In this document: piece after piece, positions 56,908-64,000 of the stretch
How the letters are laid out: each line of letters opens with the position of its first letter
Position numbering within the stretch: position 1 is the first letter of the stretch
IMG/VR virus record: IMGVR_UViG_3300037400_003880
DNA from: a virus
Taxonomy: Duplodnaviria > Heunggongvirae > Uroviricota > Caudoviricetes
DNA length: 64,000 bases
Strand: one strand, 5' to 3'
Position numbers and translations under genes: made by a program
Notes under the pieces: model-generated
What the model was told of the DNA's origin: nothing
Databases searched by the model: none
The model's input: the letters and a program-made list of their open reading frames with translations, nothing else

Positions 56908-58586
56908 GTGTCGCTATTAGAATAACATTATCAAATGGAGAAGAAGCGTGGCTAAGAACAGAAGAAGTTGAAGTGGAAGAAATCCCTGACGCATTTGGTC
57001 AGCCAATGTCTTTAGATGTTCAATTTTTAGCTTAGACAGGTTCTTGGATAGAAAATCTTCTTAAAATCAATGAGTCGGTAAAAGTTTCTTAGCTTTTGTT
57101 AATAGTTGATAATGATAAGAAGATACAGATTGATTTTAGACGCTATGCATTAGGAGTTATGATGTGTCATTCAAGCAATTTGAATGGTACATCTGATATA
57201 TCCATTATTGGAGCTGGCGTTGCAACTGAATTTAAGGAAGGAGAGATTGTCTGTGTGAGTAAGAAGTTTTCTACAAAAATTGTAAGTGTAATATTCCCAG
57301 ATGAAAGGGGCAGATACACAGGGAAAACCTATAACTATTTTCTGCATGAGGAGCTACCACTCCCGAATCTTTCTGACAGGATTCAAATTAAATCAATCAA
57401 AGGTTTTGGGGATGTTGTGCCGTAGAAGCCCAGTTATAATGACAGAAGTGTTCTTGTAGTTGGCGCCTTTAATGTTACAGCAGATACTGTAGAAGAGTAT
57501 GCTGATAAAATTTTAACCTATGGCGATTGTCTGAAAACAATCTATAGCTATGAAATAACAAGTTCCTTAGTTTCAGATGTTGTACATCAGGAAAAGGAAG
57601 CTACTCTTTCTATTCAAGTAGACGATCATGAGAAACTTTGGCAAGACCTCAATAATGTAGTGGCTAATGCGCCTTATGGTTTCAGATTATCTGATATTAA
57701 TAATGAGCAAGTAAAGCTTGACTGTGAAGTTCTCCGCCCATTCTCTCTTTATACAAAGAGTGATTCGGGTGACTGGGTTCTTCGAGCTGAGCTTAAGCCA
57801 TATGGAAAGGAAAACGAAGTGAGAAACAAATATGTTGATGAATGGGATAGCCTTGTAAGTGCAGGAGCAATTCCGACTTACAACACAGTTGAAGAAATGG
57901 ATATTCCGAAGGAAGAAATGGTATATTTTGAGAAGAAAAAGGAGAGAAAATCAATGAAGAATATTTTTGGTAACATTATGAAGAACGTAAAGTTTGGTCA
58001 GCTCAATACTGACAAGGTCGCATATTCTATGCAGGGTATGGCTTTCAAGTCCAGTGACGGTGATTATCTCGTATACAAGAAGGATCAGCCGGCGGTTAAC
58101 GTAAATGAGTTTGTCATTGAGATGCCGCTGTTTGTGATGCCGGTCCCGCTGAAGGACCTTTAGGTTGGTGATATTATTTGCAGGGGTGAAGATTTTGTTC
58201 TTGTAGATAGTATCGGTGAGACTTATATTACCGCAATCAACACTGACAAGAGTGAGATTGTAACAATTGTTCCACAGGTAAATATGTTCGGCTTCTCCTT
58301 CTATAGTAAGGTAGTAGCTCCGACTAATCTGTTCGGCGAGGCAACTCAGGATAATCCGTTTGGTAATATTCTGCCGCTGCTAATGATGGATAATGAAGAT
58401 AACGATTCTTCTGCATTTGGTATGATGATGCTCATGAGCCAGATGAATGGCGGTAAGGGTATGAATATGGATTTCACTAAAATGGCTCCGTTTTTTCTGC
58501 TTGGCAATCAAAATGGAAAGGATGACACCTTCAAGATGATGGCTCTTATGTCTATGATGAATAGCGGCTCTGAAAAGAAGGAGTAA
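56904..58586 (+). CDS. hypothetical protein (about 560 aa, 5 in-frame TAG)
   Basis: GGGGAGG ribosome-binding site, then GTG at 56904. One frame joins track ORFs 57096-57425, 57660-58163 and 58284-58586 across TAGs. Met-rich C-terminus. Confidence 0.5.
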
Positions 58587-58591
58587 TTTTA

Positions 58592-58936
58592 ATGTTAGGT
58601 AACGTTCTTTTCTATGGAGGTATCGGGATCGCCATTATTGGCGGTCTCGGTATCATACGTTTTGATGGCTCTATCAAACGAGTTATTATTTGCGGAATTA
58701 TGATTATAGCAGGTCTTGCCTGCCTTGCAGTTGGGCAAGGAAAGCGTAATACAGCTCCTGTAAAGTATGAAATTGTTGAAGTGCAGTCTTTGAATAATAA
58801 CGATACGCAATATCGAGTTACACTAAAGGCTGGCGGAAATTCAACAATTTTGTACGTTGACGATAAGAAAGTAAAGGATTTTGTGGAGGGCGGCACAATT
58901 GAGCTTACAGCTCCACAGTTAAAGGAGTATCAGTAA
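58592..58936 (+). CDS. membrane protein
   Basis: Track ORF with two transmembrane helices. Confidence 0.5.
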   Translation: MLGNVLFYGGIGIAIIGGLGIIRFDGSIKRVIICGIMIIAGLACLAVGQGKRNTAPVKYEIVEVQSLNNNDTQYRVTLKAGGNSTILYVDDKKVKDFVEGGTIELTAPQLKEYQ

Positions 58937-59229
58937 TGACAGCAAACGAAGAAATGGGACTTGGAATTTTTGCAATTGTCTTGGTAATAATCCTTATAGG
59001 AGTAGTAGTTGGACTTATTGCTTATCAGAATTCGACTGGAGAGGATATGGTTGATTCCCATTTGAAAGATTATTCCTCTTTTACAGTCAATGGGGCTGAC
59101 TTTAAGACCGAGGATGTAGAAGGATATGACTATTTACCAAACGGTCACGAGAATGACGCAATCGTTTTCAATATGGAAAATGGCGATGAAGTTCACGTCC
59201 TTATTGATATGATTACTTGGCACGAATAA
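58936..59229 (+). CDS. membrane protein
   Basis: Track ORF with one transmembrane helix. Confidence 0.5.
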   Translation: MTANEEMGLGIFAIVLVIILIGVVVGLIAYQNSTGEDMVDSHLKDYSSFTVNGADFKTEDVEGYDYLPNGHENDAIVFNMENGDEVHVLIDMITWHE

Positions 59230-59235
59230 TATGTT

Positions 59236-59264
59236 AAAGCCAGCTCACAAGGGCTGGCTTTTTA
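59236..59264 (+). terminator. rho-independent terminator AAAGCCAGC..GCTGGCTTTTT
   Basis: 9 bp stem followed by a T-run, immediately before a conserved promoter. Confidence 0.7.
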
Positions 59265-59265
59265 T

Positions 59266-59294
59266 TTGACTTTTTCCAAAAAATATGTTATAAT
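59266..59294 (+). promoter_or_regulatory. conserved promoter
   Basis: TTGACTTTTTC..ATGTTATAAT. Confidence 0.55.
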
Positions 59295-59315
59295 TATATT
59301 AAAGAGGTGATAGAA

Positions 59316-59717
59316 ATGGGTACATTAAAGAAGGAAGTCTGCAATGCAAGAATTGTTGATACTCAATTGGGGATTGAAGACCACGGTTTGCTTACGTTTA
59401 ATCTAAGATGTGAGTTCAAAGATTCCTATGGAAAAGGAACCTGCTCATTTGGTGGCTGTAGCTTTGGTAGTAGGTGTCTGAATTATGATGAAACTTATGA
59501 GTATATCAACGTTAAATTTACTTCAGAGTTGCTTATGAGAGTTCTCACTATTGTTGGAGTAAGGAATTGGGAAGACATCAAAGGAAAGCTTATTAGAATA
59601 AGAACAAATGGTCGTACAGGTTGTGCCGGCGGGATTGAAGCCATTGGAAATATTATCGAAGATGAATGGTTTTGTATCGAAGATTTTTACAGAGAGAAGG
59701 AAAATGAGGATAAATGA
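59316..59717 (+). CDS. hypothetical Cys-rich protein
   Basis: AAAGAGGTGA ribosome-binding site, then ATG at 59316. Confidence 0.5.
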   Translation: MGTLKKEVCNARIVDTQLGIEDHGLLTFNLRCEFKDSYGKGTCSFGGCSFGSRCLNYDETYEYINVKFTSELLMRVLTIVGVRNWEDIKGKLIRIRTNGRTGCAGGIEAIGNIIEDEWFCIEDFYREKENEDK

Positions 59718-59923
59718 GCATTTCATCAGTAACAATTTATTTATGTCCTAATTGCGGCAGTCTTCAGGCAAGCAATACTCTTGTCCCTTGGCATGGCACG
59801 GGCTATATACCTTATGACCAAGCCAAAATATGTCCTAAATGTCATGTTGTTCTTACATTAGAAACTTGGAACAGGAACGTTTTTGGAGTGCCTAAGTCAG
59901 ATGAATTGAAAAAATATATTTGA
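59714..59923 (+). CDS. small zinc-ribbon protein
   Basis: CPNCG...CPKCH. Confidence 0.45.
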   Translation: MSISSVTIYLCPNCGSLQASNTLVPWHGTGYIPYDQAKICPKCHVVLTLETWNRNVFGVPKSDELKKYI

Positions 59924-59929
59924 CTTTTT

Positions 59930-59948
59930 TGAAAAATAATGGTATAAT
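59930..59948 (+). promoter_or_regulatory. conserved promoter
   Basis: TTGACTTTTTT..ATGGTATAAT. Confidence 0.55.
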
Positions 59949-59978
59949 ATATATAGAAAGTTTGAGAGGAGAATGTGA

Positions 59979-60914
59979 ATGAAGCATTATGTAGATATTG
60001 AGCGTTTTAAGGTAAAGTACGACGAGTGCATGCGCGCCGGTGACGAGATTGTCGTACAAGAGAAGATTGATGGAGCCAATGCATCTTTTACTTACGATCC
60101 CGCACAGGATAAGGTTCTGGCTTTTTCTCGTAAGAATGAGCTGAATGAGGCAAATAATCTCCGTGGTTTCTGGGATTGGACTCAGCGTCTTGACAAGAAG
60201 GGTGTCGCTCATATGACTCAGAATGGTCGCTATGTAATTTTCGGCGAGTGGCTTGTAAAGCATACTGTTCGTTATCCTGAGCATGAGTATAATCATTTCT
60301 GGATGTTCGATGTATGGGATACGCAGGACGAGAAGTGGCTTCACTATGATGATGTTCGTGCAATTCATGCGGGACTTTTGAGTGTAGCCCAGCTCACGCA
60401 GGAGGTTATTAACTTCGTCCCTGTATTCTATGACGGTCCGTTCATTTCTTGGGATCACCTTTACCAGATGGTTGGACGTACTGACGTAAATGCGGAGCCT
60501 TGCGGCGAGGGCATCGTAATTAAGAACCAGAACACTATTGACATTCCGGAGTGGCGCCTGCCTACCTATGTCAAGATTGTATCGGAGAAGTTCTCTGAGG
60601 TTCACGTTGGTCATGCTAAGAAGCTCATTGATCCTGCTGTTCTTGCAGCTCGTGAGGCAGAGCGTCAGATGGTTGCGACTGTAGTTACCGAGCGCCGTGT
60701 AGCTAAAATATTGGAAAAGTTTGTAGATAATGGTATACTTCCAGAAGACTGGGACGAAAAAAATATGAAGGATGTTGCTAAGAATCTCCCTAAAGCAGTT
60801 TATGAGGATTGTATAAAAGAAGAACCAGATATTGTAAAAGCGTGTGAAGACTTTGGAAAAATATGTGGTAAGATTTCTATGGATTATGTTCGTCAATTTC
60901 TTTCTGCTCGATAA
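59979..60914 (+). CDS. ATP-dependent RNA ligase (Rnl2-like nucleotidyltransferase)
   Basis: Motif I EKIDGAN (adenylated lysine), motif IV EGIVIKNQ, motif V KIVSEKF. Size about 311 aa. GAGAGGAGAA ribosome-binding site. Confidence 0.7.
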   Translation: MKHYVDIERFKVKYDECMRAGDEIVVQEKIDGANASFTYDPAQDKVLAFSRKNELNEANNLRGFWDWTQRLDKKGVAHMTQNGRYVIFGEWLVKHTVRYPEHEYNHFWMFDVWDTQDEKWLHYDDVRAIHAGLLSVAQLTQEVINFVPVFYDGPFISWDHLYQMVGRTDVNAEPCGEGIVIKNQNTIDIPEWRLPTYVKIVSEKFSEVHVGHAKKLIDPAVLAAREAERQMVATVVTERRVAKILEKFVDNGILPEDWDEKNMKDVAKNLPKAVYEDCIKEEPDIVKACEDFGKICGKISMDYVRQFLSAR

Positions 60915-60969
60915 CGAAAATTGTTGATGAACTTTCTTAGTTATCTACTTATAGATAGGAGGTGATAAG

Positions 60970-61884
60970 ATGGGAAAGTTCATTGATTTAACTGGATAGA
61001 AATTTGGACGATTAACTGTCTTAGAAAAAGATATGGAAAGAAGTAAAAATACAACTTATTGGAAATGTATCTGTGAATGTGGAAAAGAATTTTCCACAAG
61101 AGGAACTTCATTAAGAAATGGAAAAACAACTTCTTGTGGTTGTGCGCGAATCGAAAAAGTCAAAGAATCATTAACGATAGATTTAACAGGACAAGTTTTT
61201 GAAAATTTAACTGTAATTAAACAAGTTCAAACAGAAGAAAAAGGTGCTCATTGGTTATGTTCTTGTAAATGTGGAAATACAATTATTGTTAATGGAAGTG
61301 ACCTGCGTGCTGGCGTAGTAAAATCTTGTGGATGCTTATCAGGAAAATTGCAAAGTGCGTCTTTATGCAAAAAATTAGACGGACTAACTTTTGGAAAATG
61401 GCGCGTTATAGAAAGAGACCTAAAATAGATAGGAGACGGCGCAAGATGGATTTGCCAATGTCAATGTGGACAAATAAGAAGTGTTGCAGCAAGCAGTTTA
61501 ATTTCTGGAAGAAGCTTGTCTTGTGGTTGTTTACATTCCGCAGGGGAGTATAAAATTTCATGTCTATTAAATAAAAACAATATTCACTATGAAAAAGAAT
61601 ATATCTTTCCAGATTTGGTCGGAAATAAGTTGCCTTTAAGATTTGATTTCGCAATAAAAAATGACAATGATGAAGTCATCTGCTTAGTTGAATTTTAGGG
61701 CGAACAGCATTATAAATATTCTGATTACTTTGAAAAAAAACAAAGCTTCGAAGATCGCCAGAGATATGACCAGATGAAGCGAGATTATTGTCAAAGAAAA
61801 AATCTTTTGTTAATTGAAGTCCCATATTGGGATTATGAGAAATTAAATGATGATTATGTAAAGGAGTGGCTGAAGTCTCGATGA
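60970..61884 (+). CDS. Cys-repeat plus DUF559-like nuclease paralog 3 (304 aa, 3 TAG)
   Basis: AGGAGGTGA ribosome-binding site. LTGQKFGRLTV..W.C.C.CG..CGC repeats. LRFDFAI..VEF-TAG-GEQHY..RQRYDQMKRDYC..LLIEVPY. Confidence 0.55.
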
Positions 61885-62090
61885 AGAACTTCATTTCTGT
61901 TTTCTTTGTGATGATTGGTCTTGTCAGCTTAATTGCTGGCATCAGCATTATCTTGCAGACGGCTGTACTTTTTATTATAGCTTTGATTGCAAAGAATGTA
62001 ATTGGTGCTATATTTTGGGGGTTTCTCTGGTTTATTGAAATGTTGGTAATGAACTATGTCGTGAATTTTTATCATGGAGAGGGACAATAA
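61881..62090 (+). CDS. small membrane protein
   Basis: ATG overlaps the upstream stop. Two transmembrane helices. Confidence 0.45.
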   Translation: MKNFISVFFVMIGLVSLIAGISIILQTAVLFIIALIAKNVIGAIFWGFLWFIEMLVMNYVVNFYHGEGQ

Positions 62091-62101
62091 TATTAAAATA
62101 T

Positions 62102-62130
62102 TTGACTTTTTTCATAAAAAGTAGTATAAT
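62102..62130 (+). promoter_or_regulatory. conserved promoter
   Basis: TTGACTTTTTT..AGTAGTATAAT. Confidence 0.55.
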
Positions 62131-62160
62131 ATTTATAGAAAATGAAAAGGAGAGGGAACA

Positions 62161-62676
62161 ATGAGAAACTTACTTGTTGTCGTAGATATGCAGAATGATT
62201 TCATTACCGGCGCCCTGGCTAATCCAGAGGGGCAGAAGATTGTCGGGAAGATTGCGGATTTTATTTATGATTTTCCCGGAGGAGTTGTATATACCGCAGA
62301 CACCCATTATGATAATTATTTGGAAACTCAAGAAGGAAAGCGGCTTCCTATCTCTCATTGTATTGAAGGGTCTGAAGGATGGAGAATTGTTCCAGAAATT
62401 GAAAGAGCCCTTGAAGCTCGAGATGCAGCCCAGTTTATTAAGCATTCTTTCGGCAGCAGAGAACTCGCAAAATTTGTTCAGTATCATTTTTATGATGAAG
62501 TATATTTTGTCGGGGTTTGTACAGATATTTGCGTAATTTCTAATGCAATGCTTTGCAAGGCGTTTGCTCCTGAAATAAGGATTGTTGTGCTGAAGGATAT
62601 GTGTGCTGGCGTAACACCAGAAAGCCATGAGACTGCACTTAAGGCGATGCAGGCTTGTCAGATTGATGTTGAGTAA
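62161..62676 (+). CDS. pncA: nicotinamidase (isochorismatase-family cysteine hydrolase)
   Basis: VVVDMQNDF, catalytic Cys in VGVCTDICV, Lys/Asp triad context. Confidence 0.75.
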   Translation: MRNLLVVVDMQNDFITGALANPEGQKIVGKIADFIYDFPGGVVYTADTHYDNYLETQEGKRLPISHCIEGSEGWRIVPEIERALEARDAAQFIKHSFGSRELAKFVQYHFYDEVYFVGVCTDICVISNAMLCKAFAPEIRIVVLKDMCAGVTPESHETALKAMQACQIDVE

Positions 62677-62687
62677 GGAGAGTTATA

Positions 62688-63905
62688 ATGAGATTTGAAC
62701 CAATTATTAAGAGCTTGCTTGAAAACGATATGTATAAATTTAGCATGGGGCAGGCTATTTATCACCAGTTTCCTGAGTATATGACGACATGGACGTTTAA
62801 ATGTCGTAATGAAGGAGTTAAGTTTACTTATGAGATGGTCAAGGAAATCAAGGAGCAGATTAAAGCTTATTGCAGTCTCCGTTTTACGGAGGATGAGCTT
62901 GATTACCTCGATGAGATTAAGTGGATCAAGGGTTCGTATGTAAACTTCCTGCGTATCTGGCAGCCGAGATATGAGGACTTCGAGATTTCTGGCGAGGGGG
63001 CATACGGGCTGAGTATTGAAACCAAGGGAACGTGGCTTAATACTTCGATGTATGAGATTCCCGTGCTCGCAATTGTAAATGAAGTTTACTTCCGAATGCG
63101 CTATGATTACGACCATCTTTATCAGGTATTTAAGGAGAAGTTCCAGCAGAAGTCTAAAAAGCTTGTAAGTGGAGAATATCATATGGGGAGATTCTCTGAG
63201 TTTGGTCTTAGACGTAGGCTGTCTGGTGAAGCACAGGATTACGCAGTAAGAAATCTTCGTAATTTTTTGCTCAATAGTCTTGATCGAGCGAGATTCGTAG
63301 GAACGTCGAACGTTTATCTGGCAAAGAAATACGGACTTACTCCTGTCGGCACGATGGCGCATGAGTGGATTATGTGCGTAGGGCAAGGTAATCATCGACA
63401 CAATCCAGCTTATTCTAACTATTACGCTCTCAATGCATGGATTAAGGAATATGGCGTACTTAATGGTATCGCATTGACTGATACTATTACTACTGATGTT
63501 TTCCTGCGAGACTTTGACCTTGAGAAGGCGACCTTGTTTAGCGGAGTTCGTCATGATTCCGGCGACCCTCGTATTTGGGGTGAAAAGATTATTGACCATT
63601 ATTGCGAACTTGGTATTGATCCGCAGTCTAAGACGCTTCTGTTTTCGGATAGCCTTGACTTTGAGCGAGCTACATCTCTTTCCAACTACTTTTATGACAG
63701 AATCAATGTAGCTTTCGGTATCGGTACCTATCTATCTAATGATACCGATGTGCCGGCGCTCAATATCGTGATGAAACCAACATTTTGCAATGGACAGGAT
63801 GTGGCAAAGCTGTCTGATGCAGAGGGTAAGTGTATGTGTAAAAATGAAGCATATGTGAAGTACCTTAAGCGATCCATTGGATGGCGTATTGACCACGAGA
63901 TTTAA
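62688..63905 (+). CDS. pncB: nicotinate phosphoribosyltransferase
   Basis: Size about 405 aa. GTSN and TMAHEW motifs typical of NAPRTase. Adjacent to pncA. Confidence 0.8.
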   Translation: MRFEPIIKSLLENDMYKFSMGQAIYHQFPEYMTTWTFKCRNEGVKFTYEMVKEIKEQIKAYCSLRFTEDELDYLDEIKWIKGSYVNFLRIWQPRYEDFEISGEGAYGLSIETKGTWLNTSMYEIPVLAIVNEVYFRMRYDYDHLYQVFKEKFQQKSKKLVSGEYHMGRFSEFGLRRRLSGEAQDYAVRNLRNFLLNSLDRARFVGTSNVYLAKKYGLTPVGTMAHEWIMCVGQGNHRHNPAYSNYYALNAWIKEYGVLNGIALTDTITTDVFLRDFDLEKATLFSGVRHDSGDPRIWGEKIIDHYCELGIDPQSKTLLFSDSLDFERATSLSNYFYDRINVAFGIGTYLSNDTDVPALNIVMKPTFCNGQDVAKLSDAEGKCMCKNEAYVKYLKRSIGWRIDHEI

Positions 63906-63946
63906 AACAAAGGGGTGAGTTGTAATATACCGCCCCTTTTATTTAT

Positions 63947-63975
63947 TTGACTTTCTTTTTAATTTATGATATAAT
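63947..63975 (+). promoter_or_regulatory. conserved promoter
   Basis: TTGACTTTCTT..ATGATATAAT. Confidence 0.55.
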
Positions 63976-64000
63976 ATTTATAGAAAATGAAATGGAGGTT

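Noticed and set aside
18330-63975. The about 24 repeated about 29 bp units considered as a possible CRISPR array or dispersed repeat family
   Set aside because: Units are irregularly spaced, each sits upstream of a ribosome-binding site and gene, and they match a -35/extended -10 promoter, not repeat-spacer architecture.

Overview
This 64 kb window is coded entirely on the + strand and is AT-rich. It looks like a large virulent phage, or a prophage, of a Firmicutes host, probably a cellulosome-producing Clostridiales such as Ruminococcus, because it carries two dockerin-domain proteins, CW_7-like and ChW-like wall-binding motifs, and Firmicutes-style GGAGG ribosome-binding sites.

The window has three parts:

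- **1 to 18.3 kb, late module.** It holds a tail-fibre-like gene, a lysis cassette (GH25 lysozyme, dockerin protein, amidase, holin), four very large proteins and a glycoside hydrolase. These genes give long ORFs only if TAG is read as a sense codon, most likely Gln (genetic code 15-like). The standard-code ORF track therefore fragments them.
- **18.3 to 48 kb and 55 to 64 kb, early/middle genes.** Most are preceded by one of about 24 near-identical promoters of the form TTGACTTTTT-N-TRTGATATAAT. Recognisable products include a UvrD-like helicase, ThyX, a PAPS-reductase-like PP-loop protein, a Dam methyltransferase, two metallophosphoesterases, an SPFH protein, a HAD 5'-nucleotidase, a macro domain protein, a kinase+HD RNA-repair candidate, an Rnl2-like RNA ligase, and PncA plus PncB for NAD salvage. 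Selfish elements are abundant:
  - an intein with a LAGLIDADG endonuclease inserted in a P-loop kinase gene;
  - two GIY-YIG genes, one interrupted by a 190 bp MITE-like insertion;
  - an HNH gene;
  - three paralogous Cys-repeat/DUF559-like nuclease genes.
  Several early genes also contain in-frame TAG.
- **48.1 to 54.8 kb, tRNA array.** I count 17 tRNAs, two pseudo-tRNA modules embedded in Y-like ncRNA elements, and two directly abutting CUA amber-suppressor tRNAs built on a tRNA-Gln-like scaffold with their own promoter. Interleaved with the tRNAs are about 14 small stem-closed RNA elements. They share a 5' motif GACRGKTCAGCAA and a 3' complement CYGTCTTG. Many carry a circularly ordered tRNA-like module (T-arm, acceptor 3' strand, short loop, acceptor 5' strand, D-arm). 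I read these as a Y RNA / YrlA-like family, and a Ro60-like vWA (MIDAS) protein gene lies immediately downstream.

All coordinates were hand-indexed from the printed sequence and could be off by 1 to 2 nt. Protein family calls rest on motif recognition only; no search tools were run.
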